A DNA stretch of 64,000 nucleotides from Myxococcales bacterium. GTDB lineage: Bacteria; Myxococcota_A; Polyangia; Polyangiales; Polyangiaceae. Made by a program: the position numbers and the translations under genes. The stretch covers positions 16,517 to 80,516 of the forward strand of contig JANXVA010000180.1 of NCBI GenBank assembly GCA_025351875.1, in the 5' to 3' direction. This document shows positions 38,183-47,070 of this stretch, one piece after another (the stretch's first letter is position 1; each line of letters begins with the position of its first letter). The notes beneath the pieces are model-generated. The model made no database searches. It had not been told where the DNA came from and was given only the letters and a program-made list of their open reading frames with translations.

Positions 38183-38391
38183 GGCAAGCCGTGCTCTTAT
38201 TTATGGCCCTTACGCGCGGCGGCGTCCAACGGGTCCGCAATTCTTCCCGAATCCCGACTGGCGCGGCGACTGCGGCCTGTGGCCATACCCAGCTCTGGGG
38301 GCAGATCGCCCCAAACGGGCCTCGGCAGACCAGGAAACGATGGGCGGACGAGCGCTTGTCACCCTCTCGGCCCAGCGGTAATGGCGGGGCC

Positions 38392-39633
38392 ATGAAGTCC
38401 GTCTTCGCTTTCGGCGCGAGCCTCACGGCTGCCGCACTGCTCGTTGCCCTGCTGCCGTCGTGCTCGTCGACGACGGCCACTCCGTCGACCACCACCGGCG
38501 GCCTGCAGACGAGCTGTGACGAGAGCCAGTGCCTCCAGGGCAACAAGTGCCTCCACGGTGACGGCGAGTTCAAGTGCCGCAAGCCTTGCTCGAGCAACAA
38601 CGATCCCGCGACCAATTGCCCGTCGGGTGCGGTCTGCGTGGCCGCCAACGCTCCCGCGACGATCGCCGAGACGTGCGTCAAGGGCACGGAGGAGGTGACT
38701 GCCGCGAGCTGCTCCGCGCTCACCAAGCTCGGCGGAACGCATCTCACGTTCTACACCTGCGGCAACGGCAATGCGCCGCCGAAGGGCTGCATCGCCACTG
38801 CCGAACCGAACAAGTGGTGCTGCAACGACGCGCCCGCCGAGACGTACGCCCAGCCGTTCTGCAAGCGAATCACGAGCGAGATCAAGGCCGGGCCGAAGCA
38901 GTGGGGCGCCGGCTGCAACGCGACCGCCGGCCTCGACAACAACGTCGACTGCGACAGCGCGCAGGGCTTCTTCTGCTTCGGCACGTCGCCGGCGGACGGC
39001 GCGTCGTACTGCACGCGCTACGACTGCCACGCCGACAGCGAGTGCGCGCCGAACTTCTACTGCGCCACGATCAACGTCGCGCCGAACGTCACGACGACGA
39101 AGCCGACCATCCACCAGACCACGACGGCCTGCTTGCGTCGCGACTACTGCGCGCCGTGCACCGCCGATCTCGACTGCCCCACGCTCAACGGCCTCACGCA
39201 GCACTGCGTGCCGGACGACAACAGCGTCGGCTTCTGCGCGCCCGAGTGCGCGACGTCGCAGAACTGCGCGCACGACGCGAAGTGCGTGGACGGCGGCATC
39301 GGCGTCAAGACCTGCTACCCGCGCGCCGGCGTGTGTGTCGGTGACGGCGGGCTCTGCGCGCCGTGCCGCAACGATGCCGACTGCGGTGACGATGGCGCCT
39401 GCGTGCGTGGCCAGTACACGACGGAGCTGTCGTGCGCGAAGAAGTCCGAGATCCCGTGCAAGACGGGCTCGGTCGCGGGCACGGACTTCAAGTGTCCCGC
39501 CTCGTCTGCCCCGAAGGCGACGATCCGTTGCCGCGGCGACGCGTTCGAGCAGGTCCCGAAGGACTACTGCCACGGCCTCTACCCGTTCGGCGAGTCCGCC
39601 GACGTCGGCTGCTGGACGCCCGCGAAGCTCTAG
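38392..39633 (+). CDS. Very Cys-rich lipoprotein (43 Cys)
   Basis: Lipobox LPSC; repeated CxxCxxxxDC modules. Confidence 0.82.
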   Translation: MKSVFAFGASLTAAALLVALLPSCSSTTATPSTTTGGLQTSCDESQCLQGNKCLHGDGEFKCRKPCSSNNDPATNCPSGAVCVAANAPATIAETCVKGTEEVTAASCSALTKLGGTHLTFYTCGNGNAPPKGCIATAEPNKWCCNDAPAETYAQPFCKRITSEIKAGPKQWGAGCNATAGLDNNVDCDSAQGFFCFGTSPADGASYCTRYDCHADSECAPNFYCATINVAPNVTTTKPTIHQTTTACLRRDYCAPCTADLDCPTLNGLTQHCVPDDNSVGFCAPECATSQNCAHDAKCVDGGIGVKTCYPRAGVCVGDGGLCAPCRNDADCGDDGACVRGQYTTELSCAKKSEIPCKTGSVAGTDFKCPASSAPKATIRCRGDAFEQVPKDYCHGLYPFGESADVGCWTPAKL

Positions 39634-39949
39634 CAGGTTGGGCTCCGCCCCTCGGCTTCGCTGAGCCTTGGGATGCGACCTGGCCGGCTGTGATTCGCCT
39701 TCGGCGAACGCGCCGCAGCGGCGCCGATTTCACGCCTGGGGTGCGTGGGGCTGTGAGCTTCCGCTCGTGGGGTCTCGCGATTGCTTACTCACGGGAAACG
39801 GCGTGCGCTGCGCACGCCGGTCGGCACGCAGCGCCGAATCTCCCTGGGGGAAGCTCGCTGCGGAGCAGCGAGGAGGACCGGAGGTCCCCAACGTGAGAGC
39901 GACCTGGCCGGCTGTGATTCGCCTGCGGGCGCCGACGTTCACGCCTGGG
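39634..39949. repeat. Hairpin-rich intergenic element with internal direct repeats
   Basis: Starts with the motif shared with 9328; 26-bp identical repeat at 39675-39700 and 39899-39924; TTCACGCCTGGG at 39729 and 39938; six triloop hairpins. Confidence 0.65.
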
Positions 39950-41021
39950 TCGTGGGAGCGCGGGCGGGGACGGTTTCTTGCTCGCGCTGCTGGACGCGTG
40001 CGGCCCACAGCGATCGGTCGTCGACCATCGCGAGCATCGCCCACTGGCTCGCCGCGGCGATCGCGAGCGCCTGGAGGGGCACGTCAAATGCGCCGTGGGA
40101 GAGGAGCGCGAGGGCGATCGCGGCGAGGACCGCGAGCGGCTGGGCGCGCTGCACGAGGGCGACGATCGCGAGCAAGATGCTCGCGGGCACGAGGAACGCC
40201 GCGATGCTGGTGAGTGCGTAGGGGACCGGAAGGCCCGAAGTCTGGGAGAGCGAGCCGCGCAGGACGGCTTCGACCGTCGACGGTGTGTCGCCGCTGTCGT
40301 GCGCGGCGAGGTAGGTGATCGCGAAGGCCACCACGATTGCGCCGTTCGCGAGCATGCGACCGCGCCAGCGCGAGCGTGTGCCGAGCCATGCAGCCGCGAG
40401 CAGCGTGGCGAACGCCTGGATGGCGATCGTGAGCGTCGCGACGGTGCGACCCGCGTGGTAGAGCCCGAGGCTCGCGCGCTCGCCGGCCAGCGCCGTCAGC
40501 TCCCAGGCGATCGGCCGGAGCAGACCCGCGATGGCGAGCAGCGCGAGGAGAGCGCCGACTGCGCGCGTGTGCGCGACGCGGAGGGTGCTCGCCGTCGCGA
40601 TCATCGCGAGCACGCTGGCCACGAGCGCGAGCGCGAGCGCCGCCATGGTGTGGAGTCGATGCATGACGGCGGGGGAGGCGAGCGCGACGACGAGTCCGGA
40701 GATGGCGACGACCCCGCTACGTGAGCCGACGCCGATCCTCTGGACGCGTGCGAGCTCGAAGGAGCCACCGCAGATGAGCGCGATCAGCAGCGCCGCGAAC
40801 GTGTAGCTGAGGGTCGCCGACAGGCCCTCGGTGAGCTCCATCGAACGCTGCGAGGCGATGCCGCGCATCCCCGGCGCGATCAGCACACCGAAGACCTTCG
40901 CCAGCGCTCCGACCACGGCGGTGAGCACGAGCGCGCCGCCCGCCCACGCGATGCTAGCGGTCGGTCGTGGGTTGGCTTCGCCCGACGAGCGCGAGGGTTC
41001 TGACGGGTTCGACGCGTCCAT
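39939..41021 (-). CDS. Multi-pass membrane protein of unknown function
   Basis: About 9-10 hydrophobic segments; ATG 41021. Confidence 0.75.
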   Translation of the reverse strand: MDASNPSEPSRSSGEANPRPTASIAWAGGALVLTAVVGALAKVFGVLIAPGMRGIASQRSMELTEGLSATLSYTFAALLIALICGGSFELARVQRIGVGSRSGVVAISGLVVALASPAVMHRLHTMAALALALVASVLAMIATASTLRVAHTRAVGALLALLAIAGLLRPIAWELTALAGERASLGLYHAGRTVATLTIAIQAFATLLAAAWLGTRSRWRGRMLANGAIVVAFAITYLAAHDSGDTPSTVEAVLRGSLSQTSGLPVPYALTSIAAFLVPASILLAIVALVQRAQPLAVLAAIALALLSHGAFDVPLQALAIAAASQWAMLAMVDDRSLWAARVQQREQETVPARAPTTQA

Positions 41022-41077
41022 CACGGGGGCGAGGTTGGAGCCTACCACGCCTTTCAGTGCGCGCGCGGCGCGGCGCT

Positions 41078-42838
41078 TCAGCCTGCAGCGGGAAGCGCCT
41101 GCGGATCCCGAAGCGACGGCGGGGCCGCGCCCTCGCGGAGCTCGTGCAGGTTCACCGGAGGCGGCGCGCCGCGCTCCTGCGGTGCCTTCGGGCCCGGGCC
41201 CGGCGGCTGCGGCTCCTCGACCGGCCCTTTGGCCGGCGTGTTGAGGAGGAAAGGACGCGCGTGCATGGTCGAGCACGCGAACACCTCGTCACGGTGAAAC
41301 TCCCAGTGGAGGTACACGTTGCCGTCGGGAGAGACGATCGCGCCTGGCGCAGGGCCGAACGGCTGCGCGCGATGCACCGCGTCGAGCGCGGCGATGTCGA
41401 ACGCGGTGATGCCGCTCGTCTTCACGACGCCGAGCTTCACGATGCGGCCCTCCTTCGGGCTCACGACGATCTCGATGCGTGTGATCAGCCTCGGCGAGTT
41501 GAGCGGGTGCGTCTTCGGCAGGTTGTCGAGCGAGCCGAGGAAGCTGTCCGCGAAGAGCGGGTGGATGCGGTTGTGGATCGTGTTGAGGTACGAGGCGAAC
41601 GGGACGGCCGCGGTGTTGAGGGCCGTCTGGTTGCCGGGCTTGACGCTCGACACGTAGTTCTCGATCGCGTTCTTCCAGCGCTCGAAGTTGGAGGCCGTCC
41701 ACGAACCGCGATGCTCGCTCTTGCGGCGCTCGCCGTCGGCATCGCGCTCCTTGCGAAGTTGCTCCGACCCGACGACGGCGACGACGCCCTTCGTCGAGAG
41801 GTTGAGGTTCACCTGGCCCGGGCCGGGGCTTCCGCCGAGGCCGAGCCATTTGGTCGGCTGCTGCGCGTTAGGGACGACCGGCTTTCGCTGCTGGTTCGTG
41901 GTGCCGGCGATCGGATCCTGGGCGGCCTGCGCGCCGGGCTTCACCGGTGTGAACCACGCAGCGCCGTTCGGCGACTCGGCGAGCTCGGGAGACGGCGACG
42001 GCTGCGCGCCCGGCGCGAGCTGCGGCGGGGTCTCCTTCTGCGTCGTCGGGCTGGGCGTGCGACCGTCACCGCCGGACTTCGGGATGCTCTCCGCCGGCGG
42101 AGCGGTGACCGCGGCCGTGGCCATCGGCTTCTCGATCGGCTTGTTGTCGCGCTGGACGTCGAACTCGGTGCCCTTCTCGCCGGGCGCGTTGTCCTTGTTG
42201 CCTTTGTGCTCGTCGCTATCGGCGATCTTCGTCCGCACGCTGTCGCCGGTGTGGTCCTTCGGCCCTGCGGTCTTGTTCGCGCCGGGGGTCGGGTTCTCGT
42301 CGTCCTGATCGTGCGCGGTCTGCGTCGCGACCTTCTCTTCTTCGACCTTGTTCGCCTCGTCGGCGATGAAGCGGGCGTTCGGGTTGTCTTCTTGCTTCGG
42401 CTGCGCGTGCTGCTTCACCGCGATGCGCTGGTCGGCCTTGAGCGGCTGCTCGTCGAGCTTCTTCAGCGGGTCGTCCGGCTTGACGACGAGCTTCACCTCC
42501 TGCTTCGGCGGCTCGACCTTCTTCGGCTCTTCAGCCTTCTTCGGCGGCTCGGGCTTCGGCTCGTCCTTCTTCGCCACCGGCGGCGGCGCGGGCGGCTCCT
42601 CGGGCTCGTCCTCCTTGGGCTTCGCGCCCACGTCGACGACGGCGATGTCGAACGACTGTTCGCTGGCGCGCGTGCGCTCTCGCGCCTGCGCTCCGAGGAG
42701 TGAGAGGTATTGGCGGTCGTCCGAGTACTTGCGGAGCTGCTTCGAGACCTCCTCGGTCCCTCCGCCCATCATGAAATGCGCGCACACGGCCGCGCAAATC
42801 CACAGGACGATAGGAATCTCGGGGCCGCGTGATGCCAT
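41078..42838 (-). CDS. TonB/TolA-family energy transducer with long linker
   Basis: N-terminal TM with His (AAVCAH), Pro/Lys/Glu-rich spacer, TonB_C-like end (VVKTSGITAFDIAALDAV..PFGPAP). Confidence 0.8.
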   Translation of the reverse strand: MASRGPEIPIVLWICAAVCAHFMMGGGTEEVSKQLRKYSDDRQYLSLLGAQARERTRASEQSFDIAVVDVGAKPKEDEPEEPPAPPPVAKKDEPKPEPPKKAEEPKKVEPPKQEVKLVVKPDDPLKKLDEQPLKADQRIAVKQHAQPKQEDNPNARFIADEANKVEEEKVATQTAHDQDDENPTPGANKTAGPKDHTGDSVRTKIADSDEHKGNKDNAPGEKGTEFDVQRDNKPIEKPMATAAVTAPPAESIPKSGGDGRTPSPTTQKETPPQLAPGAQPSPSPELAESPNGAAWFTPVKPGAQAAQDPIAGTTNQQRKPVVPNAQQPTKWLGLGGSPGPGQVNLNLSTKGVVAVVGSEQLRKERDADGERRKSEHRGSWTASNFERWKNAIENYVSSVKPGNQTALNTAAVPFASYLNTIHNRIHPLFADSFLGSLDNLPKTHPLNSPRLITRIEIVVSPKEGRIVKLGVVKTSGITAFDIAALDAVHRAQPFGPAPGAIVSPDGNVYLHWEFHRDEVFACSTMHARPFLLNTPAKGPVEEPQPPGPGPKAPQERGAPPPVNLHELREGAAPPSLRDPQALPAAG

Positions 42839-43035
42839 GTTGTTGGGAGAGGCCGAGTGACACTGCAAGGATGCGGCCTGATTGCAGCGCCGTCCAGACT
42901 CCTCAAGCTAGCATCCACAATGGGGCAGACCAATCTGTGTGCCCGTGAAAGATCTAACGGGATCGTTAGGTTTTCCACGGCACTGCTCCCGCCAGATGGG
43001 TGCGTGCTTGTCGCAGGCGTCGCTCGCCGGCGTGG

Positions 43036-43896
43036 TTAGTCGCCATCCATCGCGAGGGCGTGATGGTCGCCCGAGGCGATCTGGATCGCGCTGAGGTCCT
43101 GGTCCGCGCTCAGCTCGGACCACAGACCCCACGCTCTCACGGTCCGTTCCAGGTACACGACGCGCTCCGCGCATCGCGCGACGGCCTGCAGGTTGTGCGT
43201 GACGAGGATCGCTGCGATGGACGCGCTTCCGCTGATCTCGGCCATCAGATCGACGATCGCCGCGCGCCCGCCGACGTCCACGCCGGCCGTGGGCTCGTCG
43301 AGGATGAGGAGCTCGGGCTTCGTCGCGAGCGCGCGCGCAAGGAACACGCGCTGCGTCTCGCCGCCGGAGAGGTCCCTCATCTGCGCGTTCGCGAGCGAGG
43401 TCGCGCCCGTCTTCTCGAGCATGGCCATGGCGAGCTCTCGCTCGGCGTTCGTGATTCGCAGCGGCCAGCGACCGCGCAGGTTCGCGACGATCACCTCGAG
43501 CGGCGACGCGGGAAAATCGCGATCGAACGCCTTCCGCTGCGGGACGTAGCCGATCTTCGAACGGCCCTCCCGTGCGGAGAGGCCCGCGATGCGCACCGAC
43601 CCCTTGTCCGGCGTCACGAGGCCGAGGATCGCCTTGAGCAGCGTGCTCTTGCCCGCGCCGTTCGGCCCGCAGAGGCACAGGAACTCGCCGACCGGGACGT
43701 GGAACGTGACGTCGTCGAGGACCAGCTTGTCGCCGAATTTCTTCGTGACGTTCGCGACCTCGAGGACACGCGGCGCGTCGTCGGGCGGGAGCGTGCCCAT
43801 GAACGGCACGTCCGCCGGACGCCGCGGCACACGCGAGGCAGGACCGAGGCCGCGCGAGGGAGGCGGCATGCTCTTCGCATCAGCGCTCGTCGTCAT
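43036..43896 (-). CDS. Metal (Zn/Mn) ABC transporter ATP-binding protein
   Basis: GPNGAGKS, IGYVPQ, LSGGETQRV, LILDEPT, VTH; ATGA overlap with the SBP gene. Confidence 0.92.
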   Translation of the reverse strand: MTTSADAKSMPPPSRGLGPASRVPRRPADVPFMGTLPPDDAPRVLEVANVTKKFGDKLVLDDVTFHVPVGEFLCLCGPNGAGKSTLLKAILGLVTPDKGSVRIAGLSAREGRSKIGYVPQRKAFDRDFPASPLEVIVANLRGRWPLRITNAERELAMAMLEKTGATSLANAQMRDLSGGETQRVFLARALATKPELLILDEPTAGVDVGGRAAIVDLMAEISGSASIAAILVTHNLQAVARCAERVVYLERTVRAWGLWSELSADQDLSAIQIASGDHHALAMDGD

Positions 43897-44870
43897 TTCA
43901 GGTGCTTTTCGAGCTGCCCCATGTCGAAGTGGATCATCTTCTCGTAGGAGTCGGTCTCGGGGCCGCCGCCCACCGGATCGAGGACGCCGAGCGGGATCTT
44001 CGCCTCGTCGGCGAGGATCTTCGCGGGGCGCGGGTCGAGCTGCGGCTCGCTGAAGAGCGCGGGGACCTTCTTCGTCTTGATCACCTCGAGCACCTTCGAG
44101 ATGTACGCGCCGGACGGCTGCGAGCCCGGATACGGCTCGATCACCGCGAGGATGTCGAGCTTGTAGCGCTCCGCGAAGTACTGGAACGAGCCGTGGAACG
44201 TGACGAAGCCGCGCGTCGTGAGCGCCTTCGTGCGGGTCTCGATCTCGGTGTCGAGCGCGGCGAGCGATGCGTCGATCTCGGTGGCGCGCTTTCGGTAGTC
44301 GAGCGCATGCGGCGAGTCGGCCTTGCCGAGCTCCTCGGCGACCGCGCGGACGATGAGGCGCACGCGCGCGGGGTCGAGCCACACGTGAGGGTCTGTCGCG
44401 CCCTTCTCGTGCTCGTGCTCATCATGCTCTTCCTTCTTCGCGCCGGCCTTCTGCGCCGCCTCGCGCGCCTTGTCGGCCTCCTCGTCGCCGATGGGGTCGT
44501 CCTTGATCGTGAGCGTGGGCACGCGATCGCCGACCTTCACGATGCGAGCCTTCGGCGCCGCGTCGTGCATCAACCTCTCCATCCACGGGTCGAGGCCGAG
44601 CCCCACCATGACCCCGACCTTGGACCTCGACGCGGCCTCGATGTCCTTCGGGGTCGGGTCGAACGAGTGCTCGTTGTGCCCGGGGGGCAGCAGCAGCGCC
44701 ACGTCGGCATCAGGCCCGGCGATGCGGCGCACCAGGTCGTAGACCGGGAAGATCGAGACGGTGACGCTCAGGCGTTCGCTACCGCCGCTGCCGCTACCCC
44801 CACATCCCTTCGAGCAACCAGGGAGAACGGCGAGGAGGGACGGGAGGAGAACGAGGGCGAGTCTGCGCAC
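43893..44870 (-). CDS. Metal (Zn/Mn) ABC substrate-binding lipoprotein (cluster A-I)
   Basis: Lipobox LPGC; HSFDP, His/acid loop EEHDEHEHE, DPHVWLDP, FHGSFQYF. Confidence 0.92.
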   Translation of the reverse strand: MRRLALVLLPSLLAVLPGCSKGCGGSGSGGSERLSVTVSIFPVYDLVRRIAGPDADVALLLPPGHNEHSFDPTPKDIEAASRSKVGVMVGLGLDPWMERLMHDAAPKARIVKVGDRVPTLTIKDDPIGDEEADKAREAAQKAGAKKEEHDEHEHEKGATDPHVWLDPARVRLIVRAVAEELGKADSPHALDYRKRATEIDASLAALDTEIETRTKALTTRGFVTFHGSFQYFAERYKLDILAVIEPYPGSQPSGAYISKVLEVIKTKKVPALFSEPQLDPRPAKILADEAKIPLGVLDPVGGGPETDSYEKMIHFDMGQLEKHLK

Positions 44871-44958
44871 GCACCGCAAGGTATCGCGAGGTCCGTCTCT
44901 TTGCACCGGGGACCTCGTTCGTCCGCGGTCGGGCTCGTGATACAACGGGCGCCCCCTC

Positions 44959-46041
44959 ATGGAGACCGGTGCACGCGCGGTGGAAGGGCCGCTCTACGAG
45001 ATTCGCGGCTCGCTCATCGAGGACCAAGGGCAGATCCTCGCGATCTCCCGGCACCTCAACACGGTGAACCTCCCCGAGGAAGAGGAGGGCGTCCGCCAGA
45101 TCCTCGAGGCCTCGCAGAAGAGCTTCACGCAGGCCACGAAGGACCCGAAGCGCCGGCAGTTCGTGTTCGTCCTCATCGACCGCGCGCAGCAGCGGATCAT
45201 CGGCACCTCGATGGTCTTCGCGCAGCTAGGCCGAAAGGATGCGCCCTACATCTATCTCGACGTCATCGACGAGGAGCGCTACTCGCAGACGCTCGACCGG
45301 CACTTCGAGCACACGATCCTCAAGATTGGCTACTCGTACAACGGCCCGACGGAGATCGGCGGCCTCGTGCTCGACCCGACCTACCGTCGCGTGCCCGAGC
45401 GACTCGGCACGTTCCTGTCGTACGTACGTTTCCTCTTCATCAAGATGCACCGCGAGTGGTTTCGTGACGAGGTGCTCGCCGAGCTCCTCCCCCCGCTCGA
45501 GAAGGACGGCACGTCGCACCTCTGGGACGCGATCGGGCAGCACTTCACCGGCATGACGTACGCCGAGGCCGACAAGCTCTCGCGACGGAACAAGGAGTTC
45601 ATCCGCGGGCTCTTTCCGGAGGGGACGATCTACGCATCGCTGCTCCCGAAGGACGCGCAGGACGTCATCGGCAAGGTCGGCGCACAGACGCGCGGCGTCG
45701 AGAAGCTGCTCCGTCGCATCGGCTTCCGCTATGCCGACCGCGTCGACCCCTTCGACGGCGGTCCGCACTTCACCGCGATGACGGACGAGGTGAGCCTCGT
45801 CGTGAGCTCACGTCGCTTCCGCATCGTCGCGCTCCTCGATCAGCAGGATCTGCCGTCGATCGCCTCGGAGAAGCGGAAGCGCGCCGTCGTGGCCGTCGAG
45901 CCGAACGGCCCGCCATTCTTCCGTGCGATGCTCGCTTCGTTCGAGGAACGCGCGGGGGACACGTGCGCGATCGGCGGAGAAGCGGCGCGCGCGCTCGGGC
46001 TCGAGGTCGGCGCGGACGCGTGGGTCCTGCCGCTCGAGTGA
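44959..46041 (+). CDS. astA: Arginine N-succinyltransferase-like protein
   Basis: TEIGGLVLDPTYR, LSYVRFLF, VLAELLP, SHLWDAIGQHF, AEADKLS, DPFDGGP. Confidence 0.85.
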   Translation: METGARAVEGPLYEIRGSLIEDQGQILAISRHLNTVNLPEEEEGVRQILEASQKSFTQATKDPKRRQFVFVLIDRAQQRIIGTSMVFAQLGRKDAPYIYLDVIDEERYSQTLDRHFEHTILKIGYSYNGPTEIGGLVLDPTYRRVPERLGTFLSYVRFLFIKMHREWFRDEVLAELLPPLEKDGTSHLWDAIGQHFTGMTYAEADKLSRRNKEFIRGLFPEGTIYASLLPKDAQDVIGKVGAQTRGVEKLLRRIGFRYADRVDPFDGGPHFTAMTDEVSLVVSSRRFRIVALLDQQDLPSIASEKRKRAVVAVEPNGPPFFRAMLASFEERAGDTCAIGGEAARALGLEVGADAWVLPLE

Positions 46042-46053
46042 TAAGGTCGAGAA

Positions 46054-47070
46054 ATGGGACTCCTGGGCCGTCGCCGGAAGCGTGAGGACGAAAGCCTCCC
46101 GTTCGACATGTTCGAGCTCACCGCAGGCCACGCCGACCGCGAGGCACGACGCGCACGGCGGCTCGAGAGCATCTACCACCATGGCCAGGCGAAGATCTGG
46201 GATGGGCGTGACGTCCTCGCCGAGCTCGTGCAGAAGCACGGCCGGCCGCAGCTCCCGGAGGCGCAGCGGCAGGCGCTGTCGCGCATCTTCTCGATCATCA
46301 TGTGGGGCGAGCTCGCGGCGTGGAAGATCAGCGCGCAGCTCAGCGATCGCCTCGTCGAGCTCGAGCCCAAGCTCGCCGCCGCCAGCCAGGTGCACGACGA
46401 GGCGCGCCACTTCTACGTGATGCACGACTACCTCGATCTCCTCGGGCACAAGCCTCCGCCGATGGACTTCTGGTCGCGTCGCGTCGTCGAGATGACCCTC
46501 CAGACCGACGACCTCACGAAGAAGCTGCTCGGCATGCAGCTCACGATCGAGACGATCGCGCTGACGCTCTTCCAGCACGTTCGCGAGCTGGGGGTGGAGC
46601 CAGTGCTGGCGGAGCTGCTCCCGTACTACGAGCGAGACGAGGCGCGGCACGTCGGGCTCGGCACGCAGCTCGTGCCCGCGCTCATGGCGAAGATGTCGAT
46701 CCGCGAGACGGTGGGTGTCGCGCTCTTCCAGCTCGAGCTGCTGGCCGCGTCGGTGTTCTCGTTGAAGGCGATGGAGCCGGATCTGGTCACGATCGGCGTC
46801 GACCCGCGCGACATCCTCGCGATCGGGTTTCGCAAGCAGATGGAGATGCAGAAGGTGATGCGCGAGGAGTTCCCCGCATGGCCCGAGGACCCGCCCGTGA
46901 ACCGGCTGTTTCACGGGCTCTGCGAGCTGCTCTTCCCGTCCGAGGGCGAGGGCGTGAAGGTGCCGGCACACGTGCGGCTCGCGCACGCGCTGGCCGTCGT
47001 GAGGCGCACGCGCGAGGGCGTGCTCGAGGTCGCGGACCGAGGGCGGAAGCAACCCGCGCAGGCCGGATGA
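46054..47070 (+). CDS. Ferritin-like diiron protein (AurF-like)
   Basis: Diiron ligand pattern E..DEARH..E..DEARH (WGELAA, QVHDEARH, IETIA, RDEARH). Confidence 0.85.
   Translation: MGLLGRRRKREDESLPFDMFELTAGHADREARRARRLESIYHHGQAKIWDGRDVLAELVQKHGRPQLPEAQRQALSRIFSIIMWGELAAWKISAQLSDRLVELEPKLAAASQVHDEARHFYVMHDYLDLLGHKPPPMDFWSRRVVEMTLQTDDLTKKLLGMQLTIETIALTLFQHVRELGVEPVLAELLPYYERDEARHVGLGTQLVPALMAKMSIRETVGVALFQLELLAASVFSLKAMEPDLVTIGVDPRDILAIGFRKQMEMQKVMREEFPAWPEDPPVNRLFHGLCELLFPSEGEGVKVPAHVRLAHALAVVRRTREGVLEVADRGRKQPAQAG

Noticed and set aside
39675-39924. 26-bp direct repeat as a mini-CRISPR
   Set aside because: Only two copies with a 198-bp gap, and no cas genes
42950-42972. Short inverted repeat CTAACG-GGAT-CGTTAG upstream of the TonB-like gene
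   Set aside because: Six-bp arms are too short to call an operator without a second instance
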